Part shown: in pieces, positions 11,650 through 24,438 of the stretch | Numbering within the stretch: the first letter of the stretch is position 1 | Layout: every line of letters begins with the position of its first letter | Assembly (NCBI GenBank): GCA_029953675.1 | Contig: JAMWBK010000001.1 | Coordinates: 2,604,001 to 2,668,000 of the forward strand | Length of the DNA: 64,000 bases | Reading direction: 5' to 3' | DNA from: Rhodosorus marinus CCMP1338 | Lineage: Eukaryota > Plantae > Rhodophyta | Notes under the pieces: generated by a model | What the model was told of the DNA's origin: nothing | Database searches by the model: none | What the model saw: only the letters and a program-made list of their open reading frames with translations | Program-made: the position numbers and the translations under genes

Positions 11650-12350
11650 GACTTTCGCCCTTCCGCACCCTCTTGATCACCACGGAGGAACATAAGACCA
11701 ACGCGTTTGGAAGCCGGGAATGGCGATTCCGTTTAAAAGTAATTGATGGAAAAATGCCTCGAATGGATGATCCGTGAGGAGTCGTCAACTGTTTATCCAG
11801 CCAGTCCTTTTTCCAAAAACGGTTCATCCCGTGGAGTACCGCGGTCGTCGTCGATGTCACACGGAGACCAGCATCTTGGAGGACGTAGAGCTGGATGCAG
11901 CTCAGTCTCCCAATATCAACTGTTCTCCAACTTGTTCTGTGGCTTTGTATTCATCACGTTCTCAACCTGATTGGTCCCCGCAGTCCGCAAACGCCTCAGG
12001 ACTTTTTGAGTATCCAGCGAGCTGCTTGGAGCTCACAACACAAACGATTCGGAGACAAACCATCAGCGCCATGAATCATGCTGTCTGTATTCCAGGTTAT
12101 CAATAGCACGTTGGAACCAGCAGCAGGATACGCGTATGAGTGAATGTCTAATCATCCTCACCAGCCGACTGCCCTCACTTCGTCAAAGGGGAAACGAAAA
12201 GCAGTCTACAGATGAGGTCTGGCTGTGGAGGAAGAGCGCTTCCGTCGAATCGGATGTGTGGGGAGGACGGAGGAAGGGCCGTCTTGATGGAGTACCCCTT
12301 TGCCACTTGCAGCTTTGAGAATCCGATGAAAATCTAGTAAATTTCGTCTG
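11650..12350 (-). pseudogene. Highly degenerate retroelement (gag-like) relic
   Basis: Broken reading frames with a weak gag-like pattern (KVLRRLRTAGTNQVENV..YWETELHPAL) inside a TE island; weak similarity judged by eye. Confidence 0.25.
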
Positions 12351-13126
12351 CCATTAGGTTGTTGGAGAGCGTGAAGAAAGGTGTTCTAGCTGCCTGGTTA
12401 TTGGAGGATTCTCTTGTTTTGAGCGATGAAGGCTGGATGGAACTGGGAACATATCTTCCCTTTTCAATCGAGGCCAGTCAGCGTCATGTTTTTTGTTACG
12501 TTTGTAATGGTGATGACTGCAATTCCCAAGTATAAACGAGGTCTCCAGGTGAGGACAACAATTCTCCATTTAGAAAGTTCAGTTCAGGCGCGTCCGCGGG
12601 TGTGCGATGGACCGTCTCTACAGGACTGTCGTGTTTTTCAATTTCTCCAGAGCGCTTGGATTGACGTTGTTTGTTTCTTCTCTTGCTACGGTTCCAGAAT
12701 TCGGAAATGACACCGCAGGAATTTGAGGAGCAAACCTACATAAATCGATACAGGGTGCACCAGCAGCCCCTTCGGACAATCGAGCTACGACCAGATGTGG
12801 AAATGACTGAAGAGGACAAAGACGCGGAACGATTTGAGAGACTTTTCCCATCCACGAGGAGATGAAGCCGAAAACTGAAAACCAAGAGGCGGTGGGCCGT
12901 CTCGTGCGATGGGTCCGTCCAAAGCAAGACCTGTGAGCTTGAAAGATCTAGCAAAGTGTTTTAGAGAACATCTCAGAGATCACTTGTAAGGCGATCAGAT
13001 ATGCCCCTCACTATTGAGAGGCGTCTTTTTTACATACAGACCGAAACATGGGTGAATATAAAACACAACCGAACAAACGTGGAGCAAGAAACTAGAGACT
13101 GGGGCAGAAGAAGTTGAGGTGGTCTT

Positions 13127-16100
13127 CTACTTTGTACTGTCCTCGCACCAAATCCTGGCATTTTGGAACATCTTCATCCACGGTGAGGTCTCAAGGTCTT
13201 GTTTGAGTTCATCTGGCATGTACGGCCACTGCCACTTTCGGATTGTACGCTCTGGATGAGGCATCACCGCCAGATGTCTACCGTTTGCAGAGCAAAGTCC
13301 TAGGCCACAAGCAAGAACAAAACTTTCAGGCTACTCATGTGGGTCTTGAGTAGACAAGTTTTTCGCTTTCACGTACCCGCGATAGCTGCTGTTGACCCGT
13401 TCGGATTGAATGGATACGCAGATGTTGGCTCGCCTTCCTCGTCGACATAGTACATCGCAGCTAGTCCCAGGCTCTTCACACGCTCCAACACTGCGTCGTC
13501 AGGGAAAAATGCTCTACCTTCGCCGTGAGAAACCCAAACGCCCAATTTTGAACCCGTCATTCCCTTCAACATAATCGAGGGAGTTTCCCCGAGCTTCACT
13601 GTTACAAACCGGCTTTCGTACCGTCCACTGATCAACCAAAGTCACGATCGGGCCCGGGAAGAGTTTATTTTTTCAGCGCCTCGCTATGAAAGAAAGCTGC
13701 CAGTAGCACGTTGTCAGCGAGGCTCTGCAGCAACAGCTTACCTTTCATTGTGAACGAATCGAGGTTGTTCCACACCGGGTAGCTCGTCCTGGGCGAAGGG
13801 AACCACACCCAGAAGCGCCAGTAGCTGGCATCCGTTGCATACTCCCAGCGAGAACGTATCATCCCTCTCGAAAAACTTGGTGAATTGATCCCGAAGCTGC
13901 TCACGGTGGCGAATCGTTCCAGCCCAGCCCTTTGCTGAGTCCAGTACGTCCGCATATGAAAAGCCTCCAACGAAAGCGGCGCCTCGGAAGTCGTCGAGGG
14001 AGATTCTCTGGTCCGCCAAGTCACTCATGGCGACATCAGCTACTGAAAAGCCAGCGAGATGGAATGCGGCCACCATTTCACGGTCGCCGTTGGATCCCTC
14101 CTGACGTATCACCGCCACTCTGGGCTTCTCTGTGGCAGTCAGAAGAGCTGGATTTGTCTCTTTCACCGAGAAATTGATGTCAAATTTCATGCCCTTCCTT
14201 GTTGCAAGACCAGCTTGCTCTTCTGCAACGCATTTGGGGTTTGCTTGCAGTCGGTCCAGTTCGAAAGATGTGGCCTCCCAAGTATCTCGGAGAACTGCAA
14301 CCTCCTTGTCAAGAACAATCTCGCCTCCATCCTTCAAGACGAACCTGGGCTCTTGAGTCGTTACGCCGAGCACCTCGCAAGGCACACCAAAGGATTCAAA
14401 GCAGTCAGCCATAGATCCAATGTCGCTCCTAAAGACTTCCACTACGAGTCCAAGCTCTTCTGAGAACAAACTCTGTTCAGTACTGACGCCATGCTTCTTG
14501 GACTGCAGCTGTTGAGATGTCAGCGACACAGAGATGGGGCCCCCGTTCAGTGACGAGGTCTATTACAGTGTGATGAGATGCGCCACAGTGCAGCCCAAGC
14601 CCCTCCAATGAATCCGTGAAGAAAGCGTTGGTTCAGCGTACCTCAACGTCCACCCCACAATTGCCGGCAAAAGCCATCTCCAGCAAAGTGACTACCAACC
14701 CTCCATCACTAACGTCGTGACAGGAGAGGACCATACCCTCTGGAATGAACGACTGCACTGCCTCAAATGCGTTCTTCAGCGCGTCTGGGTTTTCGAGGTC
14801 CGGGCAGTCGCTTCCTACTTGATTGTAGACCTGCGCATAACGCACCAAAACACCATAGCAATGCCTCAGTACACCGAGTTTCGCAGTGAAGACGCTTCAA
14901 GATGCGGGCCTGATTGTACTGCTCCACTTTGGACAGCGCTGAAGGAAGCAAGGCCTACCTGTCCAAGCGCACTTCCGCCCAGGCGTTTCTTGCCTCCAGA
15001 TATGTCCACATAGATAAGTTTGCTTTCCCCCGGACGGTGAATGGCCGAGGTGACCTTGTGGTTGATATTATCCACAGTGCAATAGCCGGATACGACGAGA
15101 GTTCCGGGCGCCTTGACAGTTTCGCTGTCTCCGGAACCTATGGGGCACCTCGCCGCCATAGACAAGCTGTCCTTGCCACCGTCTACCGCTATCCCGAGCT
15201 CAATCATGGTATCTCGCATGGCTACCGCCGCATCGTATAGAGCAGCACCTTCATTGGGCATCTGACGTGGCGGGCAAGAGCTGACGTGTTTTAGAGTTCA
15301 TATTTCTTAACCGTGCGAGGGGTGACGCACTGAGGGATGGTGTGTTTTGCAAACAATCTCACCTTGGCTGCCCACATCCAATTTGCTTCGCATTTGATGT
15401 CGCCGAGAGACGTCAAGAACACACCTGCCATGTTCGTGATCATCTCACCCACTGTCATGCGAGCCATGGCCGCTGGCGAGATCCGAGTTAGGTTGGGCTT
15501 TTCGCCAATTGCAGTCGCGGCGCCTGTGCGGAGCGTCATCGTCTTGGTCAGCGTTCCCTGAGATCCAGCGACGAGCCAGCGGATAGGACTCGTTCAACAG
15601 TTCTGAAAAGAATCACTTACCGCTGTGACTGAGAATACTCTGAGCTGTCACCGCGTAGTCCGATAGCGGAAGCTGCAGCGGTCCGACGCACTGCTGCTGG
15701 GCAACGAGTCCGGTGACAGAACGGTCCACCTAAGCGGCGTCATTAATACGCAACCCAAGCACATATTAGTTGTTCTTCACGGATGGGTATAAATCAGGTG
15801 GTTTCTACGTGGTACGCCCAACGGAGCACCCAGCGGACGGTGCTGCGGTTCCGGCAATTTTTACCTTGGTCGTCAAGAATCGTTTAGACGAGACGGTTGC
15901 AAGACGCAGCACGCGATCCAGGGCCGATTCGATGGTCTCCCCCTCGGGCAGTTGGAACTCTTCCAGCGGTGGCCTGAGGCGATCGCTGATGAAGGTCTTT
16001 TGAGGGAGATCTCCAAGGACAGACTCCAAGTCCAGATCGACTATGTTCTTGTCTTCCTTTGCATCGTATAGCACGATCTTTCCGCTGCCGTCAATCTGGG

Positions 16101-18557
16101 CACAGGCAAACAGAGGTTGATGGGTCTCAGATGCGAAGAAATCGGGAGTTCCCAGGAGTCCCAAATGCAGGGTTAAATCTGTCCCAGCTTCGGCTCCAAA
16201 GCTTAGACGGAAATTTCGATACTCACCTCTCCAAGCACTGTACATACGACCCGTTCCCTGTTACAAAGTTCCTCGAACATTGAGACGGATTCCGGTTTCA
16301 AGAGCAAGCCAAACTGTTCCTGGTACTCTCCGCCCCAAATTTCGAGGGCCGATAGAGAGTTGTCGCCAATCAAAATGGAGCGGAGATCGATGGTTGCCCC
16401 GCCGGGGTAGATCAGCTCCTTGACAACGTTGCAGTTTCCTCCGGCGCCCTGATCATGAATAGCAATAATGGGATTGCTGTCCCCCATCTCAACACAGTGT
16501 CTTAGTACTCTATAAGCCTACCGAGTAATGACATCGCGCGTACACAAGAAAAAAAAAGGTGTCAATGACCGAGTCCTCGCCAATCCTCTCAATCAGAAAA
16601 ATTATGACACTCCATACCTTCTGCTCCATCTCCGCATCTCCACGCTGAACAGCGTTGAAGTCCAGGTCTTGTCTGTTGTCACCCTGCATCATCGATGAGG
16701 CTGCTCCACCTCCCATACCGATACGATAAGCGGGACCTCCAACCTTCACCACGTACATTCCCACATCCGCGACTCCCTTGTCGGCATGTGAATGATCCAT
16801 CTGCCCCATACCACCGGAGAACATGATGGGTTTCACATATTCCCGTCGTTCACCATCTGCCGTCCTTACGCCGTAGCTCCGCATGTACCCGTTGATCAAC
16901 TGTTCCCATCAACAACAAATAGCTTGCTTCTTCTCAGAGCCACGGAAAAGAGTACCTTCCGCCTGTTGCGTCTTCTGGTGGAAAAAGATACTTACCGGTT
17001 CGCCAAACTTGTTTCCATAGTCCGAAGCACCATTAGAAGCGTCAATCGCGATCTGAAGCGGAGATGCGAGGTTTGAAGGGTACTCAAAGGAGCTATCCTC
17101 CCACGGAAGCGAATAGCCGGGGAGTTGGAGATTTCCAACGGAGTACCCGGCTGTCCCAGCAATCGTCAAAGAGCCTGTGCCGGTTGCTGCAGTATCCCTA
17201 ATACGTCCTCCCGAACCGGTCTCTGCGCCAGGAAACGGCGCAACCCCTGAGGGAAAATTGTGGGTCTCTGCCGTGAACAGAACATCCATATCGCGCTCCA
17301 CGACCCCATATTCAGAAGGCTTGCCAGGTTCTGCGGGCTGCAGCTTCGAAATCGTTCCTCCTCGGATCGTGGAGGAGTTGTCCGCGAAGGCAATCACCGA
17401 GTTGCTAGGGTTGGCCCTGAGCGTATCTCGCACGATATCGAAAAGGTTGTCCTCAATGGGCTTCCCATCAATGACGAGCTTGCCCTTGAAGAACCAATGC
17501 CTCGAATGCTCCGAGTTGCTCTGGGCCATGTCAAACAGCTCAACGTTGGTAGGGTCACGTCCAAGGTCCGTGAAGAGCTTCAAGTAGTAGTCCATATCCC
17601 AGTCATCAAACCCAAGGCCCTGTTCCGCGTTTACCTTCTCCAGCGCTGTCCTTCCCTCTGCGAGCACCGGGATCTCGACGGTGGGTTCCGGCGTCATCCC
17701 TATCAGATGTAGATTCGTTGAGACTTGAGGACGGAAGACCTGGTTCGGAAATGAGCCTCGCTTGAATCCACGCAGCGCTTACCGGAATCGAACGAATGAA
17801 GGGGTACTTCGTAAACTTGTTCCGTCATTCTATCATGGACCATTTCAGCAAACGCACGTTGAGGGTCCTCTTCGCCTTGCGGTTTGAGACCGGATACCCT
17901 GTACCTCCTGGATCTCTCCAGCCGGTTGACTTGCTGGAGACCACATGCTTGGCATATGGAGACCGCATTTGCACTCCAGGCTGTCTGGAAGTTCAGTCGT
18001 GGCCCAACTTCAACTATGAAACTGTCTGAATCCTCTTCCAGCGAAGTTTTTCTCTTGAGTCGATCCGGCTCGAATGTCTCAGCCAGCAGCCATCCAAGCA
18101 CAGCCTCCTAGACGTCAATATCAGCGCCAAAGAGCAAATTCAGCGATTATGTATCCAACCTTGGGCGAATCTCATCTGCCGTCTATGAGACTTTGGATAC
18201 GAAGTTGAGGCTAGGAATGCGGCTCACGTCTTCAGCGGAGCCAGACTCAGATAATTGGATATTAAAACAATCCTCCCGTACAATTTTGAAGTCATCGACT
18301 CCAAACTTCTCCGCAACTCTCGCGGCGAGCAGGCTCTCCGCCTCAACCAACCGATACCACTGCGCAACCTCTCCATCAGCCTCAACCGAAGTCTCCCTTC
18401 CTCGATCACCCTTCGATACAGTCGGATCCGTCACTACACACCTGACTACCCGCACTCCACTCCCTACCCATCCCTTCCCGCGCTTCCCCCTCTTCACATC
18501 CACCCTCCCATGCTTCCATCCCCCAACCCCTACTCCAATCACAAATCCAAGCTCCAT
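13127..18557 (-). CDS. PFAS: Phosphoribosylformylglycinamidine synthase (large single-chain PurL) with plastid-transit-peptide-like N-terminus, multi-exon
   Basis: EVGPRLNF, AQSNSEHSRHWFF, TAETHNFP, HDQGAGGN, AVDGGKDSLSM, CHDVSDGGL, GGFSYAD, LGVCNGCQL, WVSHGEGR, GRHLAVMPHPER; starts MELGFVIGVGVGG. Confidence 0.97.
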
Positions 18558-18559
18558 CC

Positions 18560-18900
18560 TTTCTTATATCCAAAAAAAGACAGCGCACAGAACAGGAGTA
18601 GAATATTCTCCCTTCCAAATAAAAAAAAAACCAGAAAACCGAACTGTAGTCTACAATCAGACAGAGTCTTTACCCTCCCTCCTTCCCTCCCCACTTACCT
18701 CCCTCCGCTCCTCCAACAACCCTAAAAAGCCCCAAACGATCTTCAAATGCCATCAACATGGCAAAATATCTATATCTCCTTATCCCCCCTTATAAAAGTT
18801 TTAGAATTGTAATTGTATGAAAATGATATTGTTTGAGGTAGGGTTTTTAATATTGTAAATTTGTCACGTCGGAAAAAAAACTGATCCGGCGGTCGATCGT
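18560..18900. promoter_or_regulatory. AT-rich, strand-skewed upstream region of PFAS (probable promoter, possibly bidirectional)
   Basis: C/A-rich on + next to the minus-strand start, switching to T/G-rich after ~18790; same pattern precedes other genes. Confidence 0.4.
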
Positions 18901-19352
18901 CGGGAACTGGAAAATGGCATTTGAGCAGCGATGAGGATGAGGATGATGTTTACTTGGAGACTATGAGGAGGGTAAGAAACAAAGAACAGGATTACTGAAG
19001 AACCAAATTGTGGGAATCCAATATTTATTAAAGTAGCACTTATGGCACCGCAAGAGATAACTCAGATGAGTTGGTCTGGGCGATATAGGGAGATGGTTGA
19101 TGTGAAAAATTTTGAAACGGAACTCAGATAGTTCTCCAGGGACATTTTGAGATCCTGAGAGCGAGCTTAGGGTCTTTGCTCGTTGTGTTCGATGATGATA
19201 ATGATGTTAGATTTGATCTCCATTAGATGAAGTCTCTGCCTCGGCGTCGTACCGTACAGTTTTATGTGTGTGTGTTTTGATTTTGCGAGCAGGCTGGGGT
19301 TGAGCCTCGGTTGCCCATTCGTAGAGGACAAAACGCATTCTCTCGTCCGTTT

Positions 19353-20902
19353 TCATCTGGAATCGTACTGAGCGTAGGAATTCTTGCCCTCTCTCTTTGG
19401 CAATCTTCTTGTGCGGTGCTTGGAATTGTTGTGCTTTTGGTTGTAGGGGCTAGCAAGCCATCGAGCTTTGTGTCGCGACTCGTTCAACTCGTACAGCACC
19501 GCAGCGTTCACCGGATAAACTATCGGAACGCTGTCCAGCTCAGTCAACTTGGCAGACTGAACTTGGAGACAATGCCGAAAACCACGGCAGACCCTTACGC
19601 TGTACCTTTAGGTGCAGCGTTTAACGGAAAACAGAATGCGTGGAGAAACGTGGTCAAGAACAAATACCTGTTCCATTGAGCCCTTTCTGAACTGTCATTA
19701 GCTTTTCACCGAGGCGCGTTGACTCCAGAGGCGGTTGACAGCTCTCCATGGAAAAGAATGAGCTATATTCGAAGAGCGACGACGCAAATTCGAAAACGTC
19801 GGAGTCCTGTAACAACGATCCACTCCATGGTGGCTTTATCAACCTACGATCGTCGTTCCCGTTGACAGCTTTGCTGAGCGGACTTAGGAAACCATAAATA
19901 GACGGAAATCCGATCTATGAAATAGCTTTCGCTTGACCATCGAAGAGGACACCAGGGCGTTGTTCGCCTTGAAGGGAACGTACGTTCCCAGGTACAGGGA
20001 CTAGACATCGAAAGGAGTAGACGGAATCTTTACTCATGACTTCGAATTCCACCCAGAACCGGAACGAAAAAAAGAACAGGGCCTTACTCGGAGCGCTATT
20101 GTGCGACTAAATGGTGAATATTCACAGGAAACGATCATGCATATAGGGGATGCTCTTCCACACAAATACAATGTACATCATGCAAGGCTAGCCTGGAAAT
20201 TGGCTCTCTGCAGGATCCCATTAGTTCCCATCTGCCTTATCCAATTCACCGCAACGAGAAACTGGTATCCTACTGTGTATAAGACGAGCCCGGTTATCAG
20301 CAGGAAGAGCGTGTTGAACACCACGGCCTCGCCCGGAAACAGTACATTCACAGCGAAGAGTATTTTGTACTGCAGATACCTTTGAAATTCACATTACATT
20401 AATCGATTCAGTTCACCTGAGAACACAACACATACTCGAAGACCTGTCCGGACTCGCATGGAGGAGATCCCAACTTACCATAACTGTACCTTCTCCACAC
20501 AAAGCGTCCACAGCGACGCTCGACTTCCCTCAGCCTTACTATTTGCAAAAGGCATTCTATTCTTCTCTTACAATGACTTGGAGACTCAAATGAACCACGT
20601 CACAACCGTCCCGATCTTCATGAGCAACCTTCACCCCGCATTCCCGTTGTGCAAGATGAACAAGGCGCGAAACAGATAATATCGTCACGGGGGGACAGAC
20701 AAAACTATCGCGGATGGTACAAAAGGAGGTGAGGCTCTTCCCAAATGCTAATGGACAGCAACCCTTTTGTTCGTGTACCTGCCCTTGCGGTGGAACCGAG
20801 ATTGAGTACCTTCACCTGGAAACACCGGCACGTGCGGTCTTTCGCGCCTATCGAGGATAGTCCACAAGCATTGGAGAATAGCCTTGTTGCGGGGCTATAC
20901 AT
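19353..20902 (-). CDS. Probable multi-exon small membrane protein (or two genes), unassigned
   Basis: Minus-strand exon ~20210-20385 reads YLQYKILFAVNVLFPGEAVVFNTLFLLITGLVLYTVGYQFLVAVNW; presequence-like MYSPATRLFS at 20902; GT/AG junctions; a competing + ORF lies at 19311-19679. Confidence 0.35.
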
Positions 20903-21282
20903 CTCCTGGCAAGGATGTCTCTGAGTCGTTTATTGGTAGGTGAGGCCGAGCAGGTAGCCTTGGAGTGCAGTCGAGCACTTCTCCCTTCGTGAATTCCAGT
21001 CCGACTCTCAGACTCGTCCGCAGTTCAATTGTTGTCGTTTTTTTGAATTCGTCCTAGCAAGAATTTATGTAATGAATCATTTAATTTTTAATTGTTTTGC
21101 AAGTCTTTGTAGAGTAGATACAGTGTATAGAAGGAAAATACTGTACAATGTAACAGTCGGAAGAAGCTCGGGACTATTGGGACAAACCCCGTGGGACAGG
21201 GCTTCAGCGTATGTTGCAGTTATGCGGCACGTCAGTTGCGAAACGAAAGAGCACCGATGAGGTGTGTGAACGGATGCGGGTC

Positions 21283-22621
21283 TCAGAAATGAATCTCTCG
21301 GCATTCTGCGGGGCGCGTTGCACTGGAACAGTATGGGCACTGAACGGACTCGGACCCATGGCCCGGGTGGGGGGCGGGCGGCAGTTTCGACAAAGATTCC
21401 CTGGACAGAACGTGACCACAGGGCAGAATCATGGGCGGGTTTTTCTCCGTGGACTCAACGCGGAGAACTGGACACGTGAAGATTGAGTGGTACTGGGAGT
21501 CTGAGCCCAAGTCCACCTCAACCGGTAGGAGCTCGTTCTTCGTCCAAGGGCTTTTCCGTTTGAGTATCTTCCTAGCCTTGAGAAGCGATGGCAACGCTTT
21601 GACTGCCTGGATATATTCAAAACCACATCACGCTGATGTTTCAACAACCATTCCCTGAAGATTAAGCGTTGTGCAAGAGCTACTTACGCAGTCGACAACA
21701 TTCTTCAAGGGACTCTCAAAAGGCTGGTCATGAGAGTTGAGATAATCCCTTGCAAAGAGCATTGCTACCTCTGTCCACTCCAGAGGACTGAATAACTCCG
21801 CATAAGGTGAGGATTCAAGCCTGTTGAAATACATAAGGCAGCCCATGAGTTGCTGGATCTTGTCCATGTGCGTTGTCACAAAATCTCCAAAATTAGCTCG
21901 ACCGTATTCTAGAGCTCCCTCCCAATTTCCGTCAGCCAAGCGTGACAGGTAGACCAGCCGATGCAACCCAAACTCGAGTGAACTCCGTCGCCTGGTCTGT
22001 GGCTGTCCCCTCGCTGATTTCACCCATCTGCGCGAGGACAGGTAGGGTTAGAAAAATGGCTTGCTCGTCCTTCATTGAATATACCAACGGATTGGATACT
22101 TACGCAATCGCGGGTTGCACGTTCCTGACGGCAAGCGCGTCGATGATCTCGTTCATGTCCTCGAAAACGACCGGAGGAGTCGCTCCCATACTTAGGCCCG
22201 CTTCACGGACAAAGGCCTCCCCGAGATTCTGCGCTCCACATCTGAAGAGATGGTTGGCGATAGCCTCGCAGATACGGTCCTTCTCCAGCCTGACATTCGG
22301 GCTACAAAGGTTCTCCACTCCCGGCACGGTCGTCCTGTCAACAGCTTTGGACAAGCTGGTGAGCGTCTTGTACATTTCCTTCTGGTCAGCAACGATATAC
22401 TTTTGGGTCTGCTCCACCACCTCCGACGCGCCGACTAGCAATTCCTTCGGAGAATTTGAGGTATCCTCGCAACCTCGACCGCGCAAGCGCTCAACATCCT
22501 CGCTGAGGCTCTCAAGTTTAGCGATCACCTGACTCAGTGACTTTTGCAGTCGTTCGTGAGACACGCATTGCCTCTTTCTCGCCCTCTCACATTCAATCGC
22601 CAAATTCGTAGGTGACACCAT
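21283..22621 (-). CDS. RMND5: RMND5/GID2 RING E3 ligase subunit of the CTLH/GID complex
   Basis: LisH/CTLH-like AIANHLFRCG and LEFGLHRL.YL; CRA region; C-terminal YHSIFTCPV..NPPMILPCGHVLS..CPYC. Confidence 0.92.
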
Positions 22622-22865
22622 TATGCTATACAATTCCCAACAACATCACCTCAAATCACAGTTCAAGCCCCAAAACCCACTCAGGGCAGGTTTCAAGGGG
22701 TATAGCACCTCTCACTAAACCCCTTGTCGCTCTATACCTTAAGCTCAACAAGAAAGCCTCAGTGACGACAGGGCCAGTCTACTTCCCTTCTTAACAGCTT
22801 TCTTGACCCGCCTCGTGAGATTCACCGTAGCCCATACAACCTATTGACCTATGGGTCGGTAGGTC

Positions 22866-22900
22866 GCTCTCTCTCTCTCTCTCTCTCGCTCTCTCTGTCT
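22866..22900. repeat. (CT)n microsatellite
   Basis: ctctctctctctctctctctcgctctctctgtctct. Confidence 0.85.
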
Positions 22901-22963
22901 CTGTGCTCTCACACAGTGTCATTGAAATCTCCTCACTATGAGCTCTCTAAACGCCAAAGAGGA

Positions 22964-23617
22964 TCAACGGATAGCTGCGGGAGTGCTGAAAGAGAAAGGC
23001 CTGTTGCTTTCCTGATTGCCTTTCCGGAGCGTCCAGACTACACGGCAATAGATTGGAAACATTCTCAGTGCAACTTGGTGCTCTCCAATCTGCGGTATTG
23101 AAACCAAAGCTTGCGAAGGATCCGCTTTTAACCCACCCGGGGCTAATGCTTTTCCTGGATGCTTGAGGGAGTGTCCAGACTCTTTGAGCTTGGAGGCAAG
23201 ACATCTGTCAACTCCGAACTCTTTGACTCGTTCGTGAAATCTGGTGCCTGAGTTACCGACGCATTTAGTAAGCCCTGAATGTGGTAGCCCTCCCACTGGT
23301 TTGGGAATAGTCCAGACCTTTTCGGAGGCACTGTACAAGGTCAAACCAAAGTGGTTCGTAGCTCCGAGGGGTCAAATATCGCATTGGAACCATTGTCAAG
23401 AAAGTTCTCGGTGAAAAGCAGAGAGACATACAGGAGTTCACCCCTGTCTCACCACCAGCAACCCGCATTGACGACACCAACGTCCGCGACGGCTCAACAT
23501 GGGGTTCAAGAGAAAAAAACAGATATGCATCAAGATTGAAGATCATTCTTAGAGGATGCTTTGGAGACAGAAACTAGCAAGCCACTGCCCGGCTTCGAAG
23601 CCTAGCCCAATGCCCAT
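22964..23617 (-). CDS. Possible small intron-containing gene of unknown function
   Basis: ATG at 23617 (MGIGLGFEAGQW) next to the skewed promoter zone; 126-aa ORF at 22964-23344; no recognisable domain. Confidence 0.25.
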
Positions 23618-23639
23618 CCCCCTCCATCCATCCTCGACA

Positions 23640-24438
23640 ACCCTTAATTTAAGCAATATAAGTCCATAATTGACCCAAATAATGAAATTCAGCCTAAAAG
23701 TCTATCTTCATTGGACAAAATCCATAAAAACTAATAATAATAACGAAAACGCACATAATACTACTAAACTATAAATATTTAACACACCCAAATATCATAG
23801 ATTAAAGATATGACATTTATTACTATCCATCCCTGATCCAGAACGGTCTTTTGTAAAAGTTTTAAAGTGGATTTTGAAGGCTAAGTGGACTTCATAAATG
23901 GCAATTTGGAATTATGTGTGGATTGAGGAAGAAGACGTGGGGGTTTCGGATCGGGAGGAAGAGGATGGGGTGTGGGCGTCCAGCTTTAGTGAGCGAGTTG
24001 GAGGTCGATGGAGAAGGTTGAGATATCAAAACCTTCTTTTTTTTTTCGTGTAGGCCTTTTGAAGAATCAAAAGAGGATCCTGCTTGGTTGGGACAGAATT
24101 TTTTTTTGTTCTTGCATTCTTGAGGACGGTTGAATTTTTGCTGAGTAGTTTTGTTTTGGATGAGTCTGGTGTTCACAGAGAGAGAGAGAGAGAGGGAGAG
24201 GGAGGAGGAGAATTATCAGGGAAGAACAACGGGCCTTGGTTGGGTTTCAAGGTATCCCGATTGTTTTAGGATTGGGAGCGAGGTGAAAATTAGGATCTTC
24301 TTCGGCCACGATTTGGCTTTCTCTGTCCTTTAGGGGAGTACAAGGTTCTGGGGAAGTCAAGTTGTTGCGGAGAAGGTGCCGGATCTGGGGAACTGACGGT
24401 GGTACTTGGGTGGTTGGGCTTAGATTGGAGAATAAGGA
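23640..24438. promoter_or_regulatory. AT-rich divergent promoter region upstream of RAE1, with a (GA)n tract at ~24177-24200
   Basis: C/A-rich left half and G/T-rich right half, flanked by divergent ORFs. Confidence 0.45.
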
